The notes beneath the pieces are model-generated. The model saw only the letters and a list, made by a program, of their open reading frames with translations, was not told where the DNA came from and ran no database searches. 64,000 nucleotides of DNA from Verrucomicrobiota bacterium. GTDB taxonomy: Bacteria > Verrucomicrobiota > Verrucomicrobiia > Opitutales > Cerasicoccaceae. This document shows, in pieces, positions 36,934-47,557 of this stretch (positions within the stretch are counted from its first letter, which is position 1; every line of letters begins with the position of its first letter). The stretch covers positions 37,613 to 101,612 of the forward strand of contig JBCBUK010000016.1 in the NCBI GenBank assembly GCA_039818205.1, written 5' to 3'. Position numbers and translations under genes: made by a program.

Positions 36934-39828
36934 TCAAGGTTTGAGATACGCGCCGTCAACACCGATCTTTCCGGGACCGTTTAAGACATAAACCTTCAGG
37001 TTGCCTTTGCCATTAACCGTCGCAGTCAGACCACCGTTGCTGACATTCTGGACGTCGCCGGTGATCGCATCCACGTAGGCCCCGTTGGGGATGCCGCTAA
37101 ATGTGGCGCCACCGCTGACGGCAATGAGTGCGAAACTATCAGTTTCGGCATCGGTATAGCGTCGTTTGAACGCCATCCCACCGAAGACTCCGTCGGTTGA
37201 ATACTGTCCCTTCTGCAATGCAGGAATCGCACGTCGGATCAAATTCAGGCGACGAATGTGCTGGGCCAACGGATGGCTAAGGGTCGATGCCAGGGCTCCG
37301 CTTGCATTGGAGTATTCTCCAAAATCGGTAACCGTTACGTTGCCTTCAATATGATCGCCAAAATAAGCGCGACCCGTGTTGGCAAGAGGCGCATTGGGAC
37401 CAACATCGATAACCATTCCCTTCTGAAACTCGATCTCGCTGCCATAGTATAGGCAAGGAATCCCGCGGAAGGTAAACATTAGGCTTAGATTTTCTGCCCA
37501 AACGTCTTGCGGCTGGGCAAAGCGTTGATTTTCCGGAGCCCCATCCGGCGAATAGTCGTGGGAGTCCACATAGGTAACGTTATAAGTCGCATCGTTATAC
37601 CAGAGGTCCCCACCAAGCGCGACATTGTAGGCATCAAATGCATTCTGAAAGTTCCAGTGCATTGGGAAGTCGATTACCGCCATACCCGAATTTAGCGTGT
37701 GATCAGGTTGGCGGTAATCGTTCCCCAAGAGCAGGTGATTATTACTCGTCGGTTCATTGTCGACCGTGTCATTGTCCTGCCAGTGCTGAAACGTAGACGC
37801 CTCATTCTCCAAGCGTGTCCCCCATGGATAGGCCTGGGTTTCCGCCCACGTATAGAATGGTGTCGAGATTGCCGGAATGTTGCTGTTCCAGACTTGGCGG
37901 TAGCGAGTTGCCACTTCCCCAAAGATGAAGAAATTCTCACCTCCCCGAGCTTTGAATGCTGGGACAAAGTAGTTGTTGAACGTCAGTCGTGAAATATGCT
38001 TTACCGTATCGACCCGGAATGCATCGACGCCCATATCGATGTATTGGTTGTAGGCATCGATAAGATACTGAGCAGTCGTTGGGTTTTCCGTATTCAAATC
38101 AACCGTATCGCCAGCAATCTGAGCAGTCTGAACGGTATAGCCTTCCCACTGTAGAGACTTCTCGTGATGGTAGATAAAGTCCACATCATTGAAGTCTTCC
38201 TTCATCGCATCAATTCGGGCACCGAACTGCGCTTGTGGCACCAGATCAAAATAGTCGGCGGGCAGAACTCCCATTGGATCCGTCAATGTCAACGCTGTCT
38301 CTGCGGTCTCATCAAAATCGATCATCACAGATCGCTCAAACAATGGGTAAAGGTTTTCCTCACCATTGTTACTGGAGTGATTCAAGACAATGTCCTGAAT
38401 AATCTTCATGTCTCGCGCATGGACCTCGTCAATGAGAGTCTGGTAGGTCACACCGTTTGACTCATAGCGGAAGTCGACCTCGCTATGGTCAATGGCATGA
38501 TAGCCGTGGTAGTCGTAGCCACTGGCGTTTTTAACCACCGGAGTAATCCAGATTGCTGAGAATCCAAGCGCTTTGATGTAGTCTAGTTTTTCAATCAGTC
38601 CTTTGAAATCGCCACGCCAAGCTGGATCGCCCGCTGGATTTAGATTCCCATCCCAACACTTCATATTGTTGGAGGTGTCGCCATCATAGAAACGTGTTGT
38701 GATTACAAAGTAGATCGTTTCCTCACGAAAGTCACTTCGCGACGCCCCGACTTCGTTGACTTCGATATTTTTCGTGACGACATCGAAGGTGATCCGGTAG
38801 GTCTTATTGTCGGTTACCTGAAAATCGCTTGCTGGGTAGCGTTCTGAGAAATCACCAAATCGATCGATCAAGAATCGCGCGGGCGACTCTTCGCCATTGA
38901 ATGTTGCAACATACTCAAAAAAACCATTGCCGATGTGGGTCATCTCAGCCGTGTTCCAACCATTGGGAGTTCCGCGGAAGTACCAGGGTTCGATTACGCC
39001 AATTTCTTCGGTGGTGATCTCTTTCGAGTCGCTATTGAATGTGATTCGATAGACTCGATCATCGGTTACTTCTACGTCATTCAACACGGGATAGCGTTCC
39101 GAGAAGTCCCCAAAATGATCGATTAAGAAACGGGCGGGAGACTCCTCGCCATTGAACGTTGCAATGAACTCGTAGGTATTTGCCGAGAGCCGCGTCATTT
39201 CCGAGGAATTCCACCCGTTTGATGTGCCTCGGAAGAACCATTGGTCTGCGGGCCACACTTCTTCAACCGCAATGTCCTTGGTGACTTGATTAAATGTGAT
39301 GCGATAGGTTTTATTGTCTTCGACTACAATGTCTTCAACGGGATATCGCTCCGTGAAATCGCCAAAATGATCGATTAGAAACCTAGACGGAGTTTCTTCA
39401 CCATTAAACGTAGCAACATATTCGAACATATCCCCGCCTAGGTGAGTCATCTCTACGGTGTTCCACGCATTGGGCGTACCGCGAAAATACCACAAGGCCG
39501 GATACTCGGTGACGCTGATTTCCTTGGTATCGCTTTTAAACGTTATCCGGTAAGTCTTGAAGTCATCGACTACTAAGTCCTGTGCTGGATAGCTCTCAAT
39601 CCAATCCGCATTGCGGTCGATCTTAAACCGAGCGGTCGTACCTTCCCCATTGAATGTTTGGATGATTTCGTAGGTCGTGGCATCGACCATCGTCAACGGA
39701 GTGCTCTCCCAGTTGTTGGGAGTTCCGCGAAAGAACCATTCGGACTGCGCCGAAAGACTGGTCGAAAGGAGGACTGATGCAAGCAACAGCCCACCGAATA
39801 TTTTTCCAAGGAACGGTCGTTTTTTCAT
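36934..39828 (-). CDS. Secreted GH13 alpha-amylase with four N-terminal putative starch-binding repeats
   Basis: Signal peptide; 4x W(F/Y)FRGT(P/S)N.W modules; catalytic DAFRVDTVKH, FGEV and DSHD regions intact. Confidence 0.9.
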   Translation of the reverse strand: MKKRPFLGKIFGGLLLASVLLSTSLSAQSEWFFRGTPNNWESTPLTMVDATTYEIIQTFNGEGTTARFKIDRNADWIESYPAQDLVVDDFKTYRITFKSDTKEISVTEYPALWYFRGTPNAWNTVEMTHLGGDMFEYVATFNGEETPSRFLIDHFGDFTERYPVEDIVVEDNKTYRITFNQVTKDIAVEEVWPADQWFFRGTSNGWNSSEMTRLSANTYEFIATFNGEESPARFLIDHFGDFSERYPVLNDVEVTDDRVYRITFNSDSKEITTEEIGVIEPWYFRGTPNGWNTAEMTHIGNGFFEYVATFNGEESPARFLIDRFGDFSERYPASDFQVTDNKTYRITFDVVTKNIEVNEVGASRSDFREETIYFVITTRFYDGDTSNNMKCWDGNLNPAGDPAWRGDFKGLIEKLDYIKALGFSAIWITPVVKNASGYDYHGYHAIDHSEVDFRYESNGVTYQTLIDEVHARDMKIIQDIVLNHSSNNGEENLYPLFERSVMIDFDETAETALTLTDPMGVLPADYFDLVPQAQFGARIDAMKEDFNDVDFIYHHEKSLQWEGYTVQTAQIAGDTVDLNTENPTTAQYLIDAYNQYIDMGVDAFRVDTVKHISRLTFNNYFVPAFKARGGENFFIFGEVATRYRQVWNSNIPAISTPFYTWAETQAYPWGTRLENEASTFQHWQDNDTVDNEPTSNNHLLLGNDYRQPDHTLNSGMAVIDFPMHWNFQNAFDAYNVALGGDLWYNDATYNVTYVDSHDYSPDGAPENQRFAQPQDVWAENLSLMFTFRGIPCLYYGSEIEFQKGMVIDVGPNAPLANTGRAYFGDHIEGNVTVTDFGEYSNASGALASTLSHPLAQHIRRLNLIRRAIPALQKGQYSTDGVFGGMAFKRRYTDAETDSFALIAVSGGATFSGIPNGAYVDAITGDVQNVSNGGLTATVNGKGNLKVYVLNGPGKIGVDGAYLKP
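38760..39742 (-). repeat. Four ~250-bp intragenic tandem repeats encoding the amylase N-terminal modules
   Basis: Recurrent YE(Y/F)(V/I)ATFNGEE(S/T)P.RFLID(H/R)FGDF(S/T)ERYP units, with visible DNA-level similarity. Confidence 0.85.
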
Positions 39829-39911
39829 GAGGGGGTTAATAGGTCGAGATTAGCGATTGAAAAACAGGGCTACTATAGCCGGGGATGATCAGTCGATTAA
39901 GCCCAGCCTTG

Positions 39912-39924
39912 TTTTACAGTTTAA
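39912..39924. promoter_or_regulatory. Operator-like site upstream of the GH13/MalK operon
   Basis: TTTTACAGTTTAA; 2 mismatches to the palindrome TTAAACWGTTTAA. Confidence 0.55.
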
Positions 39925-39964
39925 CTACCCGCTGCTATTCCCTTCTTCTTCATGCGTTAAAACC

Positions 39965-39999
39965 AAAAAAGCGCGTAGCGGTAATCCGCTACGCGCTTT
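39965..39999 (-). terminator. Intrinsic terminator after the GH31 gene
   Basis: Stem AAAGCGCGTAGCGG/CCGCTACGCGCTTT with a TAAT loop and a T6 tract on the minus strand. Confidence 0.8.
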
Positions 40000-40021
40000 G
40001 AAAGCTGACTAATCGATGTTT

Positions 40022-43000
40022 TTAAGGAGCACCCGCGGTAACGGTCCCGTTCTCAACCGTGTAGATCCCCTTTCCGGTAACAGAGTAGTTCAGGCCTCCG
40101 TTACTATCCCAGGTTCCATTGTTGTCGTTGAAGGCGAACTCGATATCGGTGCCATCGATCGTGATAACTTTGTATCCTGAGATAGAGCTCGTATCCATGG
40201 CAACACCGGGAACAGCTGTCCAACCCGTATTGTCCGCGTTGTAGTGAATGTTCGCTGCATTCCACTGAGTGGAATAGTAGAGGGTCACTGCAGGATAACC
40301 CGAGACAACTGCGTTGGTCGACGAATCGATACTATAGGTACCCGGGCTGGTTATCGTGTAGTTGGTGCCACCGTTATCATCCCAAGTGGTGCCATCGTCA
40401 GTAAAGGCGAACTCAATCGAAGCGCCTTCAATGACGATATATTCATAGCCTGGGAATGCCTCATCCTCACCCATCAGATCGCCAGGAATCGTCGTCCAGC
40501 CAAGGCCATCCACGTTATAGTGGATATGTGTTTGCGGGCTAAACGCCGAGTCATAGTAGATCTCGATTCGGATCGGGTTGTAATCCGGCAACAGGTTTCC
40601 GCCAAAGCCGATCGTATAGAGACCCGGCTGGCTAATCGTATAGTTGCTGCCATTGTTGCTATCCCAGGTCCCTGCCCCATCGTTAAACGCGAATTCCAGG
40701 CTATCAGCGTCGATTTCGATGAACTTGAAGTTCGGCGCAATCGTCGACTGCATCTGATCACCGGGAACGGTTGTCCATCCAGCGCCGTCAGCATTGTAGT
40801 GGATGAAGGCATTTGCCCAGGTCGTTTCGTAGAACAGGCTAATGCCTCCCGGAGGGCCGTTGGAAACCGAATTGTCCGTTGATTCGATGGTATAGACACC
40901 GGGTGTGGTAACTGTATAGTTCGCGCCGCCATTGTTCTCCCAGTTGGTGCCGTTGTCAGTAAAAGCGATCTGGGTCAACTCATTCGCATAGACGCTCAAC
41001 TCGAAGTAGTCGGCATCCGAAGAACTCACACCCATGCTCAAGCCTGGAAATGGAGTCCAGTCTCCGCCGTTTGCGCTGTAGTGCATCAGCACAGTGGTCC
41101 ATCCTGCCGGCGGCAGATAGTGGATGGTGAACTCCTGTGGCGTTCCACTGACGATCGTTCCCGAAACGGGATCAACGGTGTAGGTGCCCGCTGCATTGAT
41201 CGTGTAGTTGCTACCACCATTGTTGTCCCAATTGGTGCCATCATCGGTGAAGGCGAACTCAACGCTTGTCGCATTCACAGTGGTTGTTTTCACGCCAGGA
41301 TAGATACTAGTGTTCAGCGCTACTCCGGGAAACGTTGTCCATGAGCCGTCGATACCAGCATCATAGTGGATCAGGTTTGCGAAGTCCGTGATGTAATAGA
41401 GCGTAATCTGACTAGCAGAATTATCGCCCGCGCTGATCGTCACCGCTTGATTGGTTTCATTCGTCCGAACGTAGAGCGAACGTTCACCGCTGTCATAATA
41501 GTAACCCGAATTTGCTGCCTGCAATGCACTCAAACTATTGAACGCTGCGGCTGGCGCATTGTTGATCTGAACCGTTGTTGGCGAATCGATTGAGTGCCGG
41601 ACCACCATATAGAAATTATGACCGTGATCATAGGTTCCTTGTTTCGCACCAATGTTAAAGGTCCACTGGCCGTTAGTCGTCTGATTTGTCAGCTCAGTTA
41701 CCGCAAACTCGCCCGACTCATAGTCAAATGTTTCACCATCGTCGTCGTAGAGCGTGAAGCTGGTTTGATCCTCACTTGGCCAGGCATGAATAGTCAACTC
41801 AGCTGGTTTGAACTCATTGGCGTATTGAAGCACTGGGCGCATCGGAATAATCGCACCCTCTGCGACATACATGGGCATGACACTAATCGGGGTGGACTTA
41901 GTGACGGTGGAACCTCCGCTGTGGAAGGAGTCATCGTGCCAGTAGTACCAATTAGTCCCACTGGGCAAGTAAGTGCTTCGCTGAGTGGCACCGGTCTGCG
42001 TTACTGGAGAAGCCAGCAAATAAGGCCCAACCATGAAGTCCAAATCGCTGCCAGATTGGTGAGTTTGCGGGTCGTTCGGGAATGAGAAGAACAGTGGATT
42101 GTTGAGCGGGAGGCCAGTCGTCGATGCGCGGTATGCCAAAGAGTAGAAGTAAGGCATGATCGCGGAGCGCAATTCTATCGCCGACTTGATCTCGGCGGAG
42201 TTGGCATACAACCAGGGCTCACGTAGTTGGTCCCATTTACCCGAGTGGTTACGGAAGAATGGCATCAAGCTACACCATTGGGCCCAGCGGGCCATCGACT
42301 CGCTAGATACGTTTCCGAGGAAACCACCAAGGTCGTGACCGAAGTAGACTTGGCCGGAAATCATCGTGCTCAAACCAACGCGTAAGCTTGGAGCCTGACC
42401 ATAAGCGGATCCGGCACTCTCGTTAACGTTATCGCCGCTCCAGTTAAACGCGTAGCGCTGGATACCAGGCCAACCTGCCCGAGACAATACGAACGGACGA
42501 GTATTCGGATACTGCTCGGCCAAGGTGTCATAGGTGTTGCTGGCCTGGTAGACGTTGTAGGTGTTTTTCAAATAGATCTGCTGACGTCGGTAATCGGAAT
42601 TACTCGACCCATAGCGACCATCGGCATCATACAAACCATTCAGCGGGATTGGCTGGGAATCGGCAACCGTGTCCCGCTCATCTGCTTGTTCGTTCAGGTC
42701 GTTCCAAACACCATCAAAGGCGTAGGTATTCAGGTAGCTCTTTTGCTTTGCTTTCCACCAATCGGTTGCCGGAGTACTCGTAAAGTCGATGAACGACACG
42801 TCACCAAAAAACAACCAGGAGACGGCTGAATTACCACCGTTGTCGGTGATCAGGTGCGACAGGCTATTTGCTTCGCTCCAAAGGGGATCAGCCGTTGCAA
42901 ACCAAGCTTCGATTAGCGGAACTGCTTTCACGTTGTTGGTGTGCAGGTGATCGATGAGCGCCACGCCGTCACGGAACCAGTAGTTGCCGTTGTTTGGGTC

Positions 43001-44191
43001 GTCTTGAAAGGTCAACTGACGCATGTCGTTATTGCCGCGGTATTCGTCGTCCTGGAAGGTTCCCCCTGGCGGAACGATGTGCGGATCGCTGTCCATATAA
43101 TCGATGTCGAAGTAAATGGCATCCAGCGGGTATCCCTGTGAGCGTGCCGTCGCGACAATGTTACGCATCTGATCCTCAGTGTAGGTCCAGCGAGAGAGGT
43201 GGTGCCCGAGAGCCCAACGAGCTGGTAAGGTTGGCAAACCGGTCAATTCCGAGTAGCGGCTTAAGACGCCTTCAGGCGTGTGGTCGGAACCACCACCAAA
43301 GAAAAAGTAGTCAACGTAACCCTCAGTTGCCTCGAAGGAGAACTGATCGTTAACTGTGTTCAACTGGTTGCGCTGAGCGCCGCCAAATGGGCGTTCGCGC
43401 TGAAACATGAAATTTGGACGCGCCGGATTATTCCAAAAGACACCGTAGGTAAATCCCGGGTGGCTCGCAGTTGGACTCTGCACGCCATACATGAACGGCA
43501 GTGTCATATACATGGGATTCTTCTGATCGTTCCAAAAGAACGAATCTGAGTTCCAACCTTGAACGACTTGGTTCCGACGGTTCAGTTGGAATGGCACCTC
43601 ACCCAATCCGAAATATGACTCATTGCTCGGGCTTTCCTTAACGACTCGCACACGATACCACGCAGCGATGTCGTTACTGTTCTTCAACAACTGGAAGGTG
43701 CTGTCGCTATAGGGATTGTATCCTGTGTCATACTCCATGCGCTTATCGCGGAGCAGGTATTGACCGCTTTGGGTCTTATCGACGAAATCGATTTTGATCG
43801 TCGGGCTCTTTGTCACCTCAACAATCAACTCATCGGTCTCGATTGTATAGATCGCACCATCGGTGAAGGTGGCCGAAAACGCTGGCCAATCACCAAGCGA
43901 CTTATCAATCGCGACATCTTCGTGGGATTCGATACTACCCCAGTCGAACTTTACTCGAATCACGTCCGGTGCATAGGGAATCACTTCGCAGACTCCTCCG
44001 GTGCTCAAGCCAAAAACGGCTTTCTGCTTCCCGTCTTCGATCTGTGTAGTCGCTGAGGTAACCTCACCGACGGTTATCGTTTGACTGAACAATGGGGTCG
44101 TCCACCCCACAAACAGGAGGAGCATCAATGCGCTGGCCCTCCCGATCGTTGTGCTGAGAAAACTTCTCGCGTTCTTTGGATATTGTTTCAT
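40022..44191 (-). CDS. Secreted GH31 alpha-glucosidase/transglucosylase with five C-terminal CBM25-like modules
   Basis: Signal peptide; WALGHHLSRW, GVWNDLNEQ (nucleophile), WSGDN (acid/base) and PFFRNHS motifs; 5x 'HY...WT..PG...EFAF.D...WD.N.G.NY' modules at about 40030-41410. Confidence 0.9.
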   Translation of the reverse strand: MKQYPKNARSFLSTTIGRASALMLLLFVGWTTPLFSQTITVGEVTSATTQIEDGKQKAVFGLSTGGVCEVIPYAPDVIRVKFDWGSIESHEDVAIDKSLGDWPAFSATFTDGAIYTIETDELIVEVTKSPTIKIDFVDKTQSGQYLLRDKRMEYDTGYNPYSDSTFQLLKNSNDIAAWYRVRVVKESPSNESYFGLGEVPFQLNRRNQVVQGWNSDSFFWNDQKNPMYMTLPFMYGVQSPTASHPGFTYGVFWNNPARPNFMFQRERPFGGAQRNQLNTVNDQFSFEATEGYVDYFFFGGGSDHTPEGVLSRYSELTGLPTLPARWALGHHLSRWTYTEDQMRNIVATARSQGYPLDAIYFDIDYMDSDPHIVPPGGTFQDDEYRGNNDMRQLTFQDDPNNGNYWFRDGVALIDHLHTNNVKAVPLIEAWFATADPLWSEANSLSHLITDNGGNSAVSWLFFGDVSFIDFTSTPATDWWKAKQKSYLNTYAFDGVWNDLNEQADERDTVADSQPIPLNGLYDADGRYGSSNSDYRRQQIYLKNTYNVYQASNTYDTLAEQYPNTRPFVLSRAGWPGIQRYAFNWSGDNVNESAGSAYGQAPSLRVGLSTMISGQVYFGHDLGGFLGNVSSESMARWAQWCSLMPFFRNHSGKWDQLREPWLYANSAEIKSAIELRSAIMPYFYSLAYRASTTGLPLNNPLFFSFPNDPQTHQSGSDLDFMVGPYLLASPVTQTGATQRSTYLPSGTNWYYWHDDSFHSGGSTVTKSTPISVMPMYVAEGAIIPMRPVLQYANEFKPAELTIHAWPSEDQTSFTLYDDDGETFDYESGEFAVTELTNQTTNGQWTFNIGAKQGTYDHGHNFYMVVRHSIDSPTTVQINNAPAAAFNSLSALQAANSGYYYDSGERSLYVRTNETNQAVTISAGDNSASQITLYYITDFANLIHYDAGIDGSWTTFPGVALNTSIYPGVKTTTVNATSVEFAFTDDGTNWDNNGGSNYTINAAGTYTVDPVSGTIVSGTPQEFTIHYLPPAGWTTVLMHYSANGGDWTPFPGLSMGVSSSDADYFELSVYANELTQIAFTDNGTNWENNGGANYTVTTPGVYTIESTDNSVSNGPPGGISLFYETTWANAFIHYNADGAGWTTVPGDQMQSTIAPNFKFIEIDADSLEFAFNDGAGTWDSNNGSNYTISQPGLYTIGFGGNLLPDYNPIRIEIYYDSAFSPQTHIHYNVDGLGWTTIPGDLMGEDEAFPGYEYIVIEGASIEFAFTDDGTTWDDNGGTNYTITSPGTYSIDSSTNAVVSGYPAVTLYYSTQWNAANIHYNADNTGWTAVPGVAMDTSSISGYKVITIDGTDIEFAFNDNNGTWDSNGGLNYSVTGKGIYTVENGTVTAGAP

Positions 44192-44370
44192 GGCGGTTTT
44201 CTTACTGCGTTAGCGTTGATCGGAGTTATCGAACTGTCGTCCCGGAATCTCTTGGGATACCTAACAATTTCGTTTGCTGCAGCACCATTGGGGTTACGGG
44301 AATTCGATCGAAGAGTTAATCTTCAATTTCAACTATATGTCGATCAGCTCAAACGGGAAGGGACAAGCCG

Positions 44371-44411
44371 TTGGACAGTTTAACAGCCCGATTTGTTTAA
44401 AACATGTTTAG
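44371..44411. promoter_or_regulatory. Operator-like site(s) in the GH31/pullulanase divergent promoter
   Basis: TTGGACAGTTTAA at 44371-44383 (2 mismatches), plus a related TTAAAACATGTTTAG at 44397-44411. Confidence 0.55.
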
Positions 44412-44599
44412 ACATGGCCAGTAGCTAGCCAACGCAAGGCTTACACCGAGCCCCATTGAATTCGCAGCGGCGTTCAACTGTCCAAAGACAAAGGAATTAC
44501 CCCGGGGCAGATACTGAACTATACCATCGTTGTCTGTGCGTGTTGGAACCACAGACACGAACCCGTCAAATCAGACGAAACCCTCAACGCCATAGTTCT

Positions 44600-47482
44600 A
44601 TGATTAGAAACTTAATCTACCATACCCTCGTTGTGAGCATTCTTTGGACCGGGAGCCATGCCTTCGGTCAAGCGAGCAACTTTACTCAGCTACATTTTCG
44701 TGGCACCTCAAACGCATGGGGAACCCAGCCAATGACCCTTGTCAGCGATCATTTGTGGCTTACCGATGTAACGTTTTCTGGCCTTGGCGACGTCAATGGA
44801 CCCGACCGATTCAAATTCGACACTTCCTTCGATTTCTCGGGTAGTTTCGGTGACTTGGATCAGGATGGCATTGCCGAAGCCGGCGGCCCCGACATTCCCG
44901 TTCTCTTGGGAGCGGGCGGCTACCGCGTCACATTCGATGATTCGATTCTGGAATACACCATCTACAAGCGAAACCTTAACGACGTGTTTTTTCGCGGAAC
45001 GCCAAACATGTTTGATCTGAGCATGCGGATGGAACTCGTCAACAACCATACTTGGATGGCTAACGTTACCTTTACCGGTGCGCCGAACGAACGATTCGTT
45101 TTTGACTCTTCCACCGATTGGTCCGGCAAGCTGGGTGATACATCCTTGGATGGACTCCTCGAACCCAACGGCGGCGACATACCGATAAATGAAGCCGGAG
45201 AGTACATTATTCTTTTAGACGACGAAACTCTCGCCTATAGCGTCACGAATATGAGCGCAAAGAATTTTGACCAAGTCTTCTTTCGGGCAAGCATCAATGG
45301 ATGGGGCAACGCTGAGATGACTTTTGTTGGAAACCATACGTGGGAGATCGAGGCTAACTTTGTCGGCCAGCCCAGCGACCGTTTCAAATTCGATCGATTC
45401 GGTGACTGGTCCGAGTTCTATGGCGACAACAACCTCGATGGCACCACCGAACAAAGCGGCAATGACATCACCATCTCCCCGGGACGCTATCGGATCTCCT
45501 TCAACGACGCGACGCTCGCCTACACGATCGAATCCCTTGGAGCCGGAGAACCGATCCTACTCGGCCATACCTACAGCCGGGAGCTGACCAGCTTTGCGAT
45601 CTGGTCCCCTGATACGAGCGATGTCAAGCTCACGATTGGTGGCGATAGCTACACCTTGTTGCGGCAACCAGACGGCAATGGATACACCGACGTCTACGCG
45701 ATACAAGTCTACGGAGACCGCTTACTTGAAGAGTATTTCTTCCGTATCAACGACGTGCAAGTTCGCGATCCCTACGGCCGCATGGTCATTCCAGGAACAG
45801 ACACCAACATTGTCGTCGACATTAGCCTAACCGATCCAGTCGGTGGTCGGGTCGCCCCCCCCACCCTCAATGAGCGGGAAGATGCCATCATCTATGAGGT
45901 TCATGTTCGGGATTTCACGATCCACCCAACATCGGGAGTCGATGCAGACAAGCGCGGAAAGTTCTTGGGCATGGTCCAACCAGGCACAAGTCACTCGGGA
46001 GTTAGCACGGGTCTTCAGCACCTCAAAGACCTCGGGATAACCCATGTTCAACTACTCCCAATTTATGACTACGGAACGTGCTCGGCGAAGGATCCCGTAA
46101 ATGGCCCCGACTGCTATAATTGGGGGTACGACCCAGAAAACTTCAATGTGCCAGAAGAACGCTATGCCGTTGACCCGAACGACTACTTGGGTCGAATCGA
46201 AGAGCTGAAAGCCATGATCGATGAGTTCCACGCAAATGGAATCCGAGTTGTAATGGATGTTGTCTATAACCATACCTGGGTGATCGAGACTCAAGACGGG
46301 AACGGCAATATCCAGTTCTCGCACCCCGAGGGTGAGCGAATGTTCTCCGACATCACAATGGACTATTTTAACCCCAACGCGCCGGGCACCGTTGGACTCG
46401 CCGGCACTGGAAACTCCGTCAATCCACGGGTTGCTATGGTCAACCGAATGATTCTCGACTCCCTCGAGTACTGGGTCGGAGAGATCGGGGTCGATGGGTT
46501 TCGCTTCGACCTGATTGGAATCTTCGACTACGAAGACGTCGCGGGATGGGCCAATCATCTCAACACAAAGTTCCCGGATCGGAATCTGCTCATCTATGGC
46601 GAGCCTTGGAACGGCAATGCTACCGACCCGGATGAAGCTGACCGTGTGCGTCTTGGTACCGTTGGGCTCCTCGTTGATTCCCATGTCGGTTGTTTCAATC
46701 CCAAATACCGTGATGCGATCAAGGGTAACAACGACAACGGCACCGGCGGGGGCTTGGCGTTTAACCAAGTTGGCAACATTTGGGAGATTCAAGTCGGCAG
46801 CCGTGGCGGCATCCGTTTCAACTATACACCGGATATCGCCGTGGGCACCTGGGACTCAATGTTTGCGAACGACCCGGAACAATGCATCAACTACGTATCA
46901 GCCCATGACAATCTCTGCCTATGGGACAAGATCGAAGCATGGGCAGCCCTTAACGGCGCAAGCAACAACGACACCTACAAACGTCGCATTTCTTCCTTTG
47001 CAAACGGCATCGTTCTTACATCGCAGGGCATCCCCTTTCTGCACGGCGGCGAAGAGTTCCTCCGCACCAAACAGGGGATCAAAAACAGCTACAAGTCGCC
47101 AGACAGCGTTAACCAGTTCGATTGGCAGTTCAAAGTCGATAACCTCGACATATTCCAATACTACCAAGATGTCATCGGCTACCGCCGCGACCATCCTGGC
47201 TTTCGAATGACAACGTGGAATGCGATCAACACGAACATCAACACCTTCAGTCCTGCGGCCGGCGTCCTAATCAACCACATTCATGGGGCTGCCAATGCTG
47301 GAGATACCTGGAGTGAAATCTACGTCATCTATAACTCGGGAGGAAACACCACCCTAACCCTTCCATCCGGTACTTGGAAGGTGGCCATCGAGAAAGCTAA
47401 TCCAAGCGAAGGCAATGACCGAATCGTCAACGGTAGCATTCTCGTAGAAGGAACCGCAGTGACCGTTCTCTACAAAGACTGA
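44600..47482 (+). CDS. Secreted type I pullulanase (GH13) with three N-terminal RGT.N.W-type modules
   Basis: YEVHVRDF, YNWGYDP, DVVYNH, DGFRFDL, YGEPW and YVSAHDN motifs. Signal peptide begins at the ATG at 44600. Confidence 0.9.
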   Translation: MIRNLIYHTLVVSILWTGSHAFGQASNFTQLHFRGTSNAWGTQPMTLVSDHLWLTDVTFSGLGDVNGPDRFKFDTSFDFSGSFGDLDQDGIAEAGGPDIPVLLGAGGYRVTFDDSILEYTIYKRNLNDVFFRGTPNMFDLSMRMELVNNHTWMANVTFTGAPNERFVFDSSTDWSGKLGDTSLDGLLEPNGGDIPINEAGEYIILLDDETLAYSVTNMSAKNFDQVFFRASINGWGNAEMTFVGNHTWEIEANFVGQPSDRFKFDRFGDWSEFYGDNNLDGTTEQSGNDITISPGRYRISFNDATLAYTIESLGAGEPILLGHTYSRELTSFAIWSPDTSDVKLTIGGDSYTLLRQPDGNGYTDVYAIQVYGDRLLEEYFFRINDVQVRDPYGRMVIPGTDTNIVVDISLTDPVGGRVAPPTLNEREDAIIYEVHVRDFTIHPTSGVDADKRGKFLGMVQPGTSHSGVSTGLQHLKDLGITHVQLLPIYDYGTCSAKDPVNGPDCYNWGYDPENFNVPEERYAVDPNDYLGRIEELKAMIDEFHANGIRVVMDVVYNHTWVIETQDGNGNIQFSHPEGERMFSDITMDYFNPNAPGTVGLAGTGNSVNPRVAMVNRMILDSLEYWVGEIGVDGFRFDLIGIFDYEDVAGWANHLNTKFPDRNLLIYGEPWNGNATDPDEADRVRLGTVGLLVDSHVGCFNPKYRDAIKGNNDNGTGGGLAFNQVGNIWEIQVGSRGGIRFNYTPDIAVGTWDSMFANDPEQCINYVSAHDNLCLWDKIEAWAALNGASNNDTYKRRISSFANGIVLTSQGIPFLHGGEEFLRTKQGIKNSYKSPDSVNQFDWQFKVDNLDIFQYYQDVIGYRRDHPGFRMTTWNAINTNINTFSPAAGVLINHIHGAANAGDTWSEIYVIYNSGGNTTLTLPSGTWKVAIEKANPSEGNDRIVNGSILVEGTAVTVLYKD

Positions 47483-47510
47483 TCAGAATCAATTCGAGAA
47501 ACCTGTTCAC

Positions 47511-47548
47511 AAAAAAAACCTCCAGCCGAGATCCGGCTGGAGGTTTTT
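47511..47548. terminator. Bidirectional intrinsic terminator between the pullulanase and PEP-CTERM genes
   Basis: A8-CCTCCAGCCG-agatc-CGGCTGGAGG-T5, between convergent genes. Confidence 0.85.
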
Positions 47549-47557
47549 GTTATTTAG

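Noticed and set aside
38760..41410. Periodic repeats as a CRISPR array
   Set aside because: The units are ~250-290-bp in-frame protein modules with synonymous divergence. There is no repeat-spacer structure and no cas gene.
44192..44599. Long intergenic region as a riboswitch or ncRNA, and the extended pullulanase start at 44456
   Set aside because: No recognisable riboswitch consensus. The length is explained by divergent promoters and operators, and the signal peptide begins at 44600.
46052..47210. Long alternative ORFs (46052-46792 minus, 46515-47210 plus; likewise 40244-40882, 57944-58603, 23645-24220)
   Set aside because: They are shadows of well-supported genes in other frames or on the other strand, with no recognisable motifs.
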